Of a stretch of DNA of 64,000 nucleotides, positions 15,001-30,000 are shown in pieces (position 1 is the stretch's first letter; each line of letters starts with the position of its first letter). The DNA lies in assembly GCF_964204645.1 (NCBI RefSeq), contig NC_134028.1, forward strand, positions 372,001 through 436,000. The letters are read 5' to 3'. Source of the stretch: Tubulanus polymorphus. Its lineage: Eukaryota > Animalia > Nemertea. Both the position numbers and the translations under genes were made by a program. The notes below the pieces were generated by a model. It had not been told where the DNA came from. It worked only from the letters and a program-made list of their open reading frames with translations, and did no database searches.

Positions 15001-18000
15001 CTATTTTGCAAGAAAAATCTGTATCTTTCAGTCCATCTACTCGAAATCAGTTCAGTCTACCTTAACCTATCATTTCAGATCGAGTCCATCATCTTCAGGA
15101 GCATAAATAGCCAGAAAATTCTTAATCTTTCCACCTATCCATTGGAAATCAGTTCAATACGCCTTAACCCATCTTTTCAGATTGAATCCATCATCTTCAG
15201 AACCAAAAGCAGCCAGAAAATTCTGATTCTTTCAACCTATCTATTTGAAATCAGTTCAGTACACCCTAACCCATCAATTAAGATAGAATTCATCATCTTT
15301 AGGACCCTATTTAGCAAGAAAAATCTGTATCTTTCAGTCCATCTACTCGAAATCAGTTCAGTTTACCTTAACCTATCATTTCAGATCGAGTCCATCATCT
15401 TCAGGAGCATAAATAGCCAGAAAATTCTTAATCTTTCCACCTATCTATTTGAAATCAGTTCAATACGCCTTAGCCCATCTTTTCAGATTGAGTCCATCAT
15501 CTTCAGAACCAAAGGCAGCCAGAAAATTCTGATTCTTTCCACTTATCTATTTGAAATCAGTTCAGTTCACCCTAACCCATCAATTAAGATAGAATTCATC
15601 ATCTTTAGGACCCTATTTTGCAAGAAAAATCTGTATATTTCAGTCCATCTGCTCGAAATCAGTTCAGTTTACCTTAACCTATCATTTCAGATCGAGTCCA
15701 TCATCTTCAGGAGCATAAATAGCCAGAAAATTCTTAATCTTTCCACCTATCTATTTGAAATCAGTTCAGTACACCCTAACCCATCAATTAAGATAGAATT
15801 CATCATCTTTAGGACCCTATTTTGCAAGAAAAATCTGTATCTTTCAGTCCATCTACTCGAAATCAGTTCAGTTTACCTTAACCTATCATTTCAGATCGAG
15901 TCCATCATCTTCAGGAGCATAAATAGCCAGAAAATTCTTAATCTTTCCACCTATCTATTTGAAATCAGTTCAATACGCCTTAGCCCATCTTTTCAGATTG
16001 AGTCCATCATCTTCAGAACCAAAGGCAGCCAGAAAATTCTGATTCTTTCAACCTATCTATTTGAAATCAGTTCAGTACACCCTAACCCATCAATTAAGAT
16101 AGAATTCATCATCTTTAGGACCCTATTTTGCAAGAAAAATCTGTATCTTTCAGTCCATCTACTCGAAATCAGTTCAGTCTACCTAAACCTATCATTTCAG
16201 ATCGAGTCCATCATCTTCAGGAGCATAAATAGCCAGAAAAATCTTAATCATTCCACCTATCTATTTGAAATCAGTTCAATACGCCTCAACACATCTTTTC
16301 AGATTGAATCCATCATCTTCAGAACCAAAAGCAGCCAGAAAATTCTGATTCTTTCAACCTATCTATTTGAAATCAGTTCAGTACACCCTAACCCATCAAT
16401 TAAGATAGAATTCATCATCTTTAGGACCCTATTTTGCAAGAAAAATCTGTATCTTTCAGTCCATCTACTCGAAATCAGTTCGGTTTTCCTTACCCTATCA
16501 TTTCAGATCGAGTCCATCATCTTCAGGAGCATAAATAGCCAGAAAATTCTTAATCTTTCCACCTATCTATTTGAAATCAGTTCAATACGCCTTAGCCCAT
16601 CTTTTCAGATTGAGTCCATCATCTTCAGAACCAAAGGCAGCCAGAAAATTCTGATTCTTTCCACCTATCTATTGAAAATCAGTTCAGTCCTAACCCAACA
16701 ATTAAGATAGAATTCATCATCTTTAGGACCCTATTTTGCAAGAAAAATCTGTATCTTTCAGTCCATCTACTCGAAATCAGTTCAGTTTACCTTAACCTAT
16801 CATTTCAGATCGAGTCCATCATCTTCAGGAGCATAAATAGCCAGAAAATTCTTAATCTTTCCATCTATCTATTTGAAATCAGTTCAATACGCCTTAGCCC
16901 ATCTTTTAGATCGAGTCCATCATCTTCAGGAGCATAAATAGCCAGAAAATTCTTAATCTTTCCACCTATCTATTTGAAATCAGTTCAATACGCCTTAACA
17001 CATCTTTTCAGATTGAATCCATCATCTTCAGAACCAAAAGCAGCCAGAAAATTCTGATTCTTTCAACCTATCTATTTGAAATCAGTTCAGTACACCCTAA
17101 CCCATCAATTAAGATAGAATTCATCATCTTTAGGACCCTATTTTGCAAGAAAAATCTGTATCTTTCAGTCCATCTACTCGAAATCAGTTCGGTTTTCCTT
17201 ACCCTATCATTTCAGATCGAGTCCATCATCTTCAGGAGCATAAATAGCCAGAAAATTCTTAACCTTTCCACCTATCTATTTGAAATCAGTTCAATACGCC
17301 TTAACACATCTTTTCAGATTGAATCCATCATCTTCAGAACCAAAAGCAGCCAGAAAATTCTGATTCGTTCAACCTATCTATTTGAAATCAGTTCAGTACA
17401 CCCTAACCCATCAATTAAGATAGAATTCATCATCTTTAGGACCCTATTTTGCAAGAAAAATCTGTATCTTTCAGTCCATCTACTCGAAATCAGTTCAGTT
17501 TACCTTAACCTATCATTTCAGATCGAGTCCATCATCTTCAGGAGCATAAATAGCCAGAAAATTCTTAATCTTTCCACCTATCTATTTGAAATCAGTTCAA
17601 TACGCCTTAGCCCATCTTTTCAGATTGAGTCCATCATCTTCAGAACCAAAGGCAGCCAGAAAATTCTGATTCTTTCCACCTATCTATTGAAAATCAGTTT
17701 AGTACACCCTAACCCAACAATTCAGATAGAATTCATCATCTTTAGGACCCTATTTTGCAAGAAAATTCTGTATCTTTCAGTCCATCTACTCGAAATCAGT
17801 TCAGTTTACCTTAACCTATCATTTCAGATCGAGACCATCATCTTCAGGAGCATAAATAGCCAGAAAATTCTTAATCTTTCCTTCTATCTATTTGAAATCA
17901 GTTCAATACGCCTTAACACATCTTTTCAGATTGAATCCATCATCTTCAGAACCAAAAGCAGCCAGAAAATTCTGATTCTTTCAACCTATCTATTTGAAAT

Positions 18001-21000
18001 AAGTTCAGTGCACCCTAACCCATCAATTAAGATAGAATTCATCATCTTTAGGACCCTATTTTGCAAGAAAAATCTGTATCTTTCAGTCCATCTACTCGAA
18101 ATCAGTTCAGTTTACCTTAACCTATCATTTCAGATCGAGTCCATCATCTTCAGGAGCATAAATAGCCAGAAAATTCTTAATCTTTCCACCTATCTATTTG
18201 AAATCAGTTCAATACGCCTTAACACATCTTTTCAGATTGAATCCATCATCTTCAGAACCAAAAGCAGCCAGAAAATTCTGATTCTTTCAACCTATCTATT
18301 AGAAATAAGTTCAGTACACCCTAACCCATCAATTAAGATAGAATTCATCATCTTTAGGACCCTATTTTGCAAGAAAAATCTGTATCTTTCAGTCAATCTA
18401 CTCGAAATCAGTTCAGTTTACCTTAACCTATCATTTCAGATCGAGTCCATCATCTTCAGGAGCATAAATAGCCAGAAAATTCTGAATCTTTCCGCCTATC
18501 TATTTGAAATCAGTTCAATACGCCTTAGCCCATCTTTTCAGATAGAGTTCATCATCTTCAGAACCAAAGGCAGCAAGAAAATTCTGATTCTTTCCACCTA
18601 TCTATTTGAAATCAGTTCAGTTCACCCTAACCCATCAATTAAGATAGAATTCATCATCTTTAGGGCCCTATTTTGCAAGAAAAATCTGTATCTTTCAGTC
18701 CATCTACTCGAAATCAGTTCAGTTTACCTTAACCTATCATTTCAGATCGAGTCCATCATCTTCAGGAGCATAAATAGCCAGAAAATTCTCAATCTTTCCA
18801 CCTATCTATTTGAAATCAGTTCAGTACACCCTAACCCATCAATTAAGATAGAACTCATCTACTTTAGGACCCTATTTTGCAAGAAAAATCTGTATCTTTC
18901 AGTCCATCTACTCGAAATCAGTTCAGTCTACCTTAACCTATCATTTCAGATCGAGTCCATCATCTTCAGGAGCATAAATAGCCAGAAAATTCTGAATTTT
19001 TCCACCTATCTATTTGAAATCAGTTCAATTCGCCTAAACCCATCATTTCAGATTGAATCCATCATCTTCAGAACCAAAAGCAGCCAGAAAATTCTGATTC
19101 TTTCAATCTATCTATTTGAAATCAGTTCAGTACACCCTAACCCATCAATTAAGATAGAATTCATCATCTTTAGGACCCTATTTAGCAAGAAAAATCTGTA
19201 TCTTTCAGTCCATCTACTCGAAATCAGTTCAGTCTACCTTAACCTATCATTTCAGATCGAGTCCATCATCTTCAGGAGCATAAATAGCCAGAAAATTCTG
19301 AATCTTTCCACCTATCTATTTGAAATCAGTTCAATTCGCCTAAACCCATCATTTCAGATTGAATCCATCATCTTCAGAACCAAAAGCAGCCAGAAAATTC
19401 TGATTCTTTCAACCTTTCTATTTGAAATCAGTTCAGTACACCCTATCCCATTAATTAAGATAGAATTCATCATCTTTAGGACCCTATTTTGCAACAAAAA
19501 TCTGTATCTTTCATGCCATCTACTCGGAATCAATTCACTTTACCTTAACCTATCATTTCAGATCGAGTCCATCATCTTCAGGAGCATAAATAGCCAGAAA
19601 ATTCTTAATCTTTCCACCTATCTATTTGAAATCAGTTCAATACGCCTTAACCCATCTTTTCAGATTGAATCAATCAACTTCAGAAGTATAAGTAGTCAGA
19701 AAATTCTGAATCTTTCAACCAATCTATTAAACATCAGTTCAGTACACCCTAACCCAACAATTAAGATAGAATTCATCATCTTTAGGACCCTATTTTTCAA
19801 GAAAAATCTGTATCTTTCAGTCCATCTACTCGAAATCAGTTCAGTTTACCTTAACCTATCATTTCAGATCGAGTCCATCATCTTCAGGAGCATAAATAGC
19901 CAGAAAATTCTGAATCTTTCCACCTATCTATTTGAAATCAGTTCAATACGCCTTAACCCATCTTTTCAGATTGAATCCATCATCTTCAGAACCAAAAGCA
20001 GCCAGAAAATTCTGATTCTTTCCACCTATCTATTTGAAATCAGTTCAGTACACCCCAACCCATCAATTAAGATAGAATTCATCTACTTTAGGACCCTATT
20101 TTGCAACAAAAATCTGTATCTTTCAGTCCATCTACTCGAAATCAGTTCAGTTTACCTTAACCTATCATTTCAGATCGAGTCCATCATCTTCAGGAGCATA
20201 AATAGCCAGAAAATTCTTAATCTTTCCACCTATCTATTTGAAATCAGTTCAGTACACCCTAACCCATAAATTAAGATAGAATTCATCATCTTTAGGACCC
20301 TATTTTGCAAGAAAAATCTGTATCTTTCAGTCCATCTACTCGAAATCAGTTCAGTCTACCTTAACCTATCATTTCAAATCGAGTCCATCATCTTCAGGAG
20401 CATAAATAGCCAGAAAATTCTTAATCTTTCCACCTATCTATTTGAAATCAGTTCAATACGCCTTAACACATCTTTTCAGATTGAATCCATCATCTTCAGA
20501 ACCAAAAGCAGCCAGAAAATTCTGATTCTTTCAACCTATCTATTTGAAATAAGTTCAGTACACCCTAACCCATCAATTAAGATAGAATTCATCATCTTTA
20601 GGACCCTATTTTGCAAGAAAAATCTGTATCTTTCAGTCCATCTACTCGAAATCAGTTCAGTTTACCTTAACCTATCATTTCAGATCGAGTCCATCATCTT
20701 CAGGAGCATAAATAGCCAGAAAATTCTTAATCTTTCCACCTATCTATTTGAAATCAGTTCAATACGCCTTAACCCATCTTTTCAGATTGAATCCATCATC
20801 TTCAGAACCAAAAGCAGCCAGAAAATTCTGATTCTTTCCACCTATCTATTTGAAATCAGTTCAGTACACCCCAACCCATCAATTAAGATAGAATTCATCA
20901 TCTTTAGGACCCTATTTTGCAACAAAAATCTGTATCTTTCAGTCCATCTACTCGAAATCAGTTCAGTTTACCTTAACCTATCATTTCAGATCGAGTCCAT

Positions 21001-24000
21001 CATCTTCAGGAGCATAAATAGCCAGAAAATTCTTAATCTTTCCACCTATCTATTTGAAATCAGTTCAGTACACCCTAACCCATCAATTAAGATAGAATTC
21101 ATCATCTTTAGGACCCTATTTTGCAAGAAAAATCTGTATCTTTCAGTCCATCTACTCGAAATCAGTTCAGTCTACCTTAACCTATCATTTCAGATCGAGT
21201 CCATCATCTTCAGGAGCATAAATAGCCAGAAAATTCTTAATCTTTCCACCTATCTATTTGAAATCAGTTCAATACGCCTTAACACATCTTTTCAGATTGA
21301 ATCCATCATCTTCAGAACCAAAAGCAGCCAGAAAATTCTGATTCTTTCAACCTATCTATTTGAAATCAGTTCAGTACACCCTAACCCATCAATTAAGATA
21401 GAATTCATCATCTTTAGGACCCTATTTTGCAAGAAAAATCTGTATCTTTCAGTCCATCTACTCGAAATCAGTTCAGTTTACCTTAACCTATCATTTCAGA
21501 TCGAGTCCATCATCTTCAGGAGCATAAATAACCAGAAAATTCTTAATCTTTCCACCTATCTATTTGAAATCAGTTCAGTACACCCTAACCCATCAATTAA
21601 GATAGAACTCATCATCTTTAGGACCCTATTTTGCAAGAAAAATCTGTATCTTTCAGTCCATCTACTCGAAATCAGTTCAGTCTACCTTAACCTATCATTT
21701 CAGATCGAGTCCATCATCGTCAGGAGCATAAATAGCCAGTAAATTCTTAATCTTTCCACCTATCCATTTGAAATCAGTTCAATACGCCTTAACCCATCTT
21801 TTCAGATTGAATCAATCAACTTCAGAAGTATAAGCAGTCAGAAATTTCTGAATCTTTCAACCAATCTATTGAAAATCAGTTCAGTACACCCTAACCCAAC
21901 AATTAAGATAGAATTCATCATCTTTAGGACCCTATTTTGCAAGAAAAATCTGTATCTTTCAATCCATCTACTCGAAATCAGTTCAGTTTATCTTAACCTA
22001 TCATTTCAGATCGAGTCCATCATCTTCAGGAGCATAAATAGCCAGAAAATTCTGAATCTTTCCACCTATCTATTTGAAATCAGTTCAATTCGCCTAAACC
22101 CATCATTTCAGATTGAATCCATCATCTTCAGAACCAAAAGCAGCCAGAAAATTCTGATTCTTTCAACCTTTCTATTTGAAATCAGTTCAGTACACCCTAT
22201 CCCATTAATTAAGATAGAATTCATCATCTTTAGGACCCTATTTTGCAACAAAAATCTGTATCTTTCATGCCATCTACTCGGAATCAATTCACTTTACCTT
22301 AACCTATCATTTCAGATCGAGTCCATCATCTTCAGGAGCATAAATAGCCAGAAAATTCTTAATCTTTCCACCTATCTATTTGAAATCAGTTCAATACGCC
22401 TTAACCCATCTTTTCAGATTGAATCAATCAACTTCAGAAGTATAAGTAGTCAGAAAATTCTGAATCTTTCAACCAATCTATTAAACATCAGTTCAGTACA
22501 CCCTAACCCAACAATTAAGATAGAATTCATCATCTTTAGGACCCTATTTTGCAAGAAAAATCTGTATCTTTCAGTCCATCTACTCGAAATCAGTTCAGTT
22601 TACCTTAACCTATCATTTCAGATCGAGTCCATCATCTTCAGGAGCATAAATAGCCAGAAAATTCTGAATCTTTCCACCTATCTATTTGAAATCAGTTCAA
22701 TACGCCTTAACCCATCTTTTCAGATTGAATCCATCATCTTCAGAACCAAAAGCAGCCAGAAAATTCTGATTCTTTCAACCTATCTATTTGAAATCAGTTC
22801 AGTACACCCTAACCCATCAATTAAGATAGAATTCATCATCTTTAGGACCCTATTTTGCAACAAAAATCTGTATCTTTCAGTCCATCTACTCGAAATCAGT
22901 TCAGTTTACCTTAACCTATCATTTCAGATCGAGTCCATCATCTTCAGGAGCATAAATAGCCAGAAAATTCTTAATCTTTCCACCTATCTATTTGAAATCA
23001 GTTCAGTACACCCTAACCCAACAATTAAGATAGAACTCATCATCTTTAGGACCCTATTTTGCAAGAAAAATCTGTATCTTTCAGTCCATCTACTCGAAAT
23101 CAGTTCAGTCTACCTTAACCTATCATTTCAGATCGAGTCCATCATCTTCAGGAGCATAAATAGCCAGAAAATTCTTAATCTTTCCACCTATCTATTTGAA
23201 ATCAGTTCAATACGCCTTAACACATCTTTTCAGATTGAATCCATCATCTTCAGAACCAAAAGCAGCCAGAAAATTCTGATTCTTTCAACCTATCTATTTG
23301 AAATCAGTTCAGTACACCCTAACCCATCAATTAAGATAGAACTCATCATCTTTAGGACCCTATTTTGCAAGAAAAATCTGTATCTTTCAGTCCATCTACT
23401 CGAAATCAGTTCAGTCTACCTTAACCTATCATTTCGGATTGAGTCCATCATCTTCAGAACCAAAAGCAGCCAGAAAATTCTGATTCTTTCAACCTATCTA
23501 TTTGAAATCAGTTCAGTATACCCTAACCCATCAATTAAGATAGAATTCATCATCTTTAGGACCCTATTTTGCAAGAAAAATCTGTATCTTTCAGTCCATC
23601 TACTCGAAATCAGTTCAGTCTACCTTAACCTATCATTTCAGATCGAGTCCATCATCCTCAGGAGCATAAATAGCCAGGAAATTCTTAATCTTTCCACCTA
23701 TCTATTCGAAATCAGTTCAATACGCCTTAACACATCTTTTCAGATTGAATCCATCATCTTCAGAACCAAAGGCAGCCAGAAAATTCTGATTCTTTCGACC
23801 TATCGATTTGAAATCAGTTCAGTACACCCTAACCCATCAATTAAGATAGAACTCATCATCTTTAGGACCCTATTTTGAAAGAAAAATCTGTATCTTTCAG
23901 TCCATCTACTCGAAATCAGTTCAGTCTACCTTAACCTATCATTTCAGATCGAGTCCATCATCTTCAGGAGCATAAATAGCCAGAAAATTCTTAATCTTTC

Positions 24001-27000
24001 CACCTATATATTTGAAATCAGTTCAATACGCCTTAACCCATCTTTTCAGATTGAATCAATCAACTTCAGAAGTATAAGTAGTCAGAAAATTCTGAATCTT
24101 TCCACCTATCTATTTGAAATCAGTTCAGTACACCCTAACCCATCAATTAAGATAGAATTCATCATCTTTAGGACCCTATTTTGCAAGAAAAATCTGTATC
24201 TTTCAGTCCATCTACTCGAAATCAGTTCAGTCTACCTTAACCTATCATTTCAGATCGAGTCCATCATCTTCAGGAGCATAAATAGCCAGAAAATTCTTAA
24301 TCTTTCCACCTATCTATTTGAAATCAGTTCCATAGCCTTAGCCCATCTTTTCAGATTGAGTCCATCATCTTCAGAACCAAAGGCAGCCAGAAAATTCTGA
24401 TTCTTTCCATCTATTTGAAATCAGTTCAGTACATCCTATCCCATTAATTAAGATAGAATTCATCATCTTTAGGACCCTATTTTGCAACAAAAATCTGTAT
24501 CTTTCATCCCATCTACTCGAAATCAGTTCAGTTTACCTTAACCTATCATTTCAGATCGAGTCCATCATCTTCAGGAGCATAAATAGCCAGAAAATTCTGA
24601 ATCTTTCCACCTATCTATTTGAAATCAGTTCAATACGCCTTAACCTATCATTTCAGATCGAATCCATCATCTTCAGGAGCATAAATAGCCAGAAAATTCT
24701 TAATCTTTCCACCTATCTATTTGAAATCAGTTCAGTACACCCTAACCCATCAATTAAGATAGAATTCATCATCTTTAGGACCCTATTTTGCATGAAAAAT
24801 CTGTATCTTTCAGTCCATCTACTCGAAATCAGTTCAGTTTACCTTAACCTATCGTTTTAGATCGAGTCCATCATCTTCAGGAGCATAAATAGCCAGAAAA
24901 TTCTTAATCTTTCCACCTATCTATTTGAAATCAGTTCAGTACACCCTAACCCATCAATTAAGATAGAACTCATCATCTTTAGGACCCTATTTTGCAACAA
25001 AAATCTGTATCTTTCAGTCCATCTACTCGAAATCAGTTCAGTCTACCTTAACCTATCATTTCAGATCGAGTCCATCATCTTCAGGAGCATAAGTACCCAG
25101 AAAATTCTGAATCTTTCCACCTATCTATTTGAAATCAGTTCAATACGCCTTAACACATCTTTTCAGATTGAATCCATCATCTTCAGAACCAAAAGCAGCC
25201 AGAAAATTCTGATTCTTTCAACCTATCTATTTGAAATAAGTTCAGTACACCCTAACCCATCAATTAAGATAGAATTCATCATCTTTAGGACCCTATTTTG
25301 CAAGAAAAATCTGTATCTTTCAGTCCATCTACTCAAAATCAGTTCAGTTTACCTTAACCTATCATTTCAGATCGAGTCCATCATCTTCAGGAGCATAAAT
25401 AGCCAGAAAATTCTGAATCTTTCCACCTATCTATTTGAAATCAGTTCCATACGCCTTAGCCCATCTTTTCAGATTGAGTCCATCATCTTCAGAACCAAAG
25501 GCAGCCAGAAAATTCTGATTCTTTCCACCTATCTATTTGAAATCAGTTCAGTTAACCCTAACCCATCAATTAAGATAGAATTCATCATCTTTAGGACCCT
25601 ATTTTGCAAGAAAAATCTGTATCTTTCAGTCCATCTACTCGAAATCAGTTCAGTTTACCTTAACCTATCATTTCAGATCGAGTCCATCATCTTCAGGAGC
25701 ATAAATAGCCAGAAAAGTCTTAATCTTTCCACCTATCTATTTGAAATCAGTTCAATACGCCTTAGCCCATCTTTTCAGATTGAGTCCATCATCTTCAGAA
25801 CCAAAAGCAACCAGAAAATTCTGATTCTTTCAACCTATCTATTTGAAATCAGTTCAGTACACCCTAACCCATCAATTAAGATAGAATTCATCATCTTTAG
25901 GACCCTATTTTGCAAGAAAAATCTGTATCTTTCAGTCCATCTACTCGAAATCAGTTCAGTCTACCTTACCCTATCATTTCAGATCGAGTCCATCATCTTC
26001 AGGAGCATAAATAGCCAGAAAATTCTTAATCTTTCCACCTATCTATTTGAAATCAGTTCAATACGCCTTAACACATCTTTTCAGATTGAATCCATCATCT
26101 TCAGAACCAAAGGCAGCCAGAAAATTCTGATTCTTTCCACCTATCTATTTGAAATCAGTTCAGTACACCCTAACCCATCAATTAAGATAGAACTCATCAT
26201 CTTTAGGACCCTATTTTTAAAGAAAAATCTGTATCTTTCAGTCCATCTACTCGAAATCAGTTCAGTCTACCTTAACCTATCATATCAGATCGAGTCCATC
26301 ATCTTCAGGAGCATAAGTACCCAGAAAATTCTGAATCTTTCCACCTATCTATTTGAAATCATTTCAATACGGCTTAACACATCTTTTCAGATTGAATCCA
26401 TCATCTTCAGAACCAAAAGCAACCAGATATTCTGATTCTTTCAACCTATCTATTTGAAATCAGTTCAGTACACCCTAACCCATCAATTAAGATAGAATTC
26501 ATCATCTTTAGGACCCTATTTTGCAAGAAAAATCTGTATCTTTCAGTCCATCTACTCGAAATCAGTTCAGTCTACCTTACCCTATCATTTCAGATCGAGT
26601 CCATCATCTTCAGGAGCATAAATAGCCAGAAAATTCTTAATCTTTCCACCTATCTATTTGGAATCAGTTCAATACGCCTTAACACATTTTTTCAGATTGA
26701 ATCCATCATCTTCAGAACCAAAAGCAGCCAGAAAATTCTGATTCTTTCAACCTATCTATTTGAAATCAGTTCAGTACACCCTAACCCATCAATTAAGAAA
26801 GAATTCATCATCTTTAGGACCCTATTTAGCAAGAAAAATCTGTATCTTTCAGTCCATCTACTTGAAATCAGTTCAGTCTACCTTAACCTATCATTTCAGA
26901 TCGAGTCCATCATCTTCAGGAGCATAAATAGCCAGAAAATTCTGAATCTTTCCACCTATCTATTTGAAATCAGTTCAATTCGCCTAAACCCATCATTTCA

Positions 27001-30000
27001 GATTGAATCCATCATCTTCAGAACCAAAAGCAGCCAGAAATTTCTGATTCTTTCAACCTTTCTATTTGAGATCAGTTCAGTACACCCTATCCCATTAATT
27101 AAGATAGAATTCATCATCTTTAGGACCCTATTTTGCAACAAAAATCTGTATCTTTCATCCCATCTACTCGGAATCAGTTCAGTTTACCTAAACCTATCAT
27201 TTCAGATCGAGTCCATCATCTTCAGGAGCATAAATAGCCAGAAAATTCTTAATCTTTCCACCTATCTATTTGAAATCAGTTCAATACGCCTTAGCCCATC
27301 TTTTCAGATTCAGTCCATCATCTTCAGAACCAAAGGCAGCCAGAAAATTCTGATTCTTTCCACCTATCTATTTGAAATCAGTTCAGTTCACCCTAACCCA
27401 TCAATTAAGATAGAATTCATCATCTTTAGGACCCTATTTAGCAAGAAAAATCTGTATCTTTCAGTCCATCTACTCGAAATCAGTTCAGTCTACCTTAACC
27501 TATCATTTCAGATCGAGTCCATCATCTTCAGGAGCATAAATAGCCAGAAAATTCTGAATCTTTCCACCTATCTATTTGAAATCAGTTCAATTCGCCTAAA
27601 CCCATCATTTCAGATTGAATCCATCATCTTCAGAACCAAAAGCAGCCAGAAAATTCTGATTCTTTCAACCTATCTATTTGAAATCAGTTCAGTACACCCT
27701 ATCTCATTAATTAAGATAGAATTCATCATCTTTAGGACCCTATTTTGCAACAAAAATCTGTATCTTTCATCCCATCTACTCGGAATCAGTTCAGTTTACC
27801 TTAACCTATCATTTCAGATCCAGTCCATCATCTTCAGGAGCATAAATAGCCAGAAAATTCTTAATCTTTCCACCTATCTATTTGAAATCAGTTCAATACG
27901 CCTTAACCCATCTTTTCAGATTGAATCAATCAACTTCAGAAGTATAAGTAGTCAGAATATTCTGAATCTTTCAACCAATCTATTGAACATCAGTTCAGTA
28001 CACCCTAACCCATCAATTAAGATAGAATTCATCATCTTTAGGACCCTATTTTGCAAGAAAAATCTGTATCTTTCAGTCCATCTGCTCGAAATCAGTTCAG
28101 TTTACCTTAACCTATCATTTCAGATCGAGTCCATCATCTTCAGGAGCATAAATAGCCAGAAAATTCTTAATCTTTCCACCTATCTATTTGAAATCAGTTC
28201 AATACGTTTTAGCCCATCTTTTCAGATTGAGTCCATCATCTTCAGAACCAAAGGCAGCCAGAAAATTCTGATTCTTTCCACCTATCTATTTGAAATCAGT
28301 TCAGTTCACCCTAACCCATCAATTAAGATAGAATTCATCATCTTTAGGACCCTATTTTGCAAGAAAAATCTGTATCTTTCAGTCCATCTACTCGAAATCA
28401 GTTCAGTTTACCTTAGCCTATCATTTCAGATCGAGTCCATCATCTTCAGGAGCATAAATAGCCAGAAAATTCTTAATCTTTCCACCTATCTATTTGAAAT
28501 CAGTTCAGTACACCCTAACCCATCAATTAAGATAGAATTCATCATCTTTAGGACCCTATTTTGCAACAAAAATCTGTATCTTTCATCCCATCTACTCGGA
28601 ATCAGTTCAGTTTACCTTAACCTATCATTTCAGATCGAGTCCATCATCTTCAGGAGCATAAATAGCCAGAAAATTCTTAATCTTTCCACCTATCTATTTG
28701 AAATCAGTTCAATACGCCTTAACCCATCTTTTCAGATTGAGTCCATCATCTTCAGAACCAAAGGCAGCCAGAAAATTCTGATTCTTTCCACCTATCTATT
28801 TGAAATCAGTTCAGTTCACCCTAACCCATCAATTAAGATAGAATTCATCATCTTTAGGACCCTATTTTGCAAGAAAAATCTGTATCTTTCAGTCCATCTA
28901 CTCGAAATCAGTTCAGTTTACCTTAACCTATCATTTCAGATCGAGTCCATCATCTTCAGGAGGATAAGTACCCAGAAAATTCTGAATCTTTCCACCTATC
29001 TATTTGAAATCAGTTCAATACGCCTTAACACATCTTTTCAGATTGAATCCATCATCTTCAGAACCAAAAGCAGCCAGAAAATTCTGATTCTTTCAACCTA
29101 TCTATTTGAAATCAGTTCAGTACACCCTAACCCATCAATTAAGATAGAATTCATCATCTTTAGGACCCTATTTTGCAAGAAAAATCTGTATCTTTCAGTC
29201 CATCTACTCGAAATCAGTTCAGTTTACCTTAACCTATCGTTTCAGATCGAGTCCATCATCTTCAGGAGCATAAATAGCCAGAAAATTCTTAATCTTTCCA
29301 CCTATCTATTTGAAATCAGTTCAGTACACCCTAACCCATCAATTAAGATAGAATTCATCATCTTTAGGACCCTATTTTGCAAGAAAAATCTGTATCTTTC
29401 AGTCCATCTACTCGAAATCAGTTCGGTTTTCCTTACCCTATCATTTCAGATCGAGTCCATCATCTTCAGGAGCATAAATAGCCAGAAAATTCTTAATCTT
29501 TCCACCTATCTATTTGAAATCAGTTCAATACGCCTTAGCCCATCTTTTCAGATTGAGTCCATCATCTTCAGAACCAAAGGCAGCCAGAAAATTCTGATTC
29601 TTTCCACCTATCTATTGAAAATCAGTTCAGTCCTAACCCAACAATTAAGATAGAATTCATCATCTTTAGGACCCTATTTTGCAAGAAAAATCTGTATCTT
29701 TCAGTCCATCTACTCGAAATCAGTTCAGTTTACCTTAACCTATCATTTCAGATCGAGTCCATCATCTTCAGGAGCATAAATAGCCAGAAAATTCTTAATC
29801 TTTCCATCTATCTATTTGAAATCAGTTCAATACGCCTTAGCCCATCTTTTAGATCGAGTCCATCATCTTCAGGAGCATAAATAGCCAGAAAATTCTTAAT
29901 CTTTCCACCTATCTATTTGAAATCAGTTCAATACGCCTTAACACATCTTTTCAGATTGAATCCATCATCTTCAGAACCAAAAGCAGCCAGAAAATTCTGA

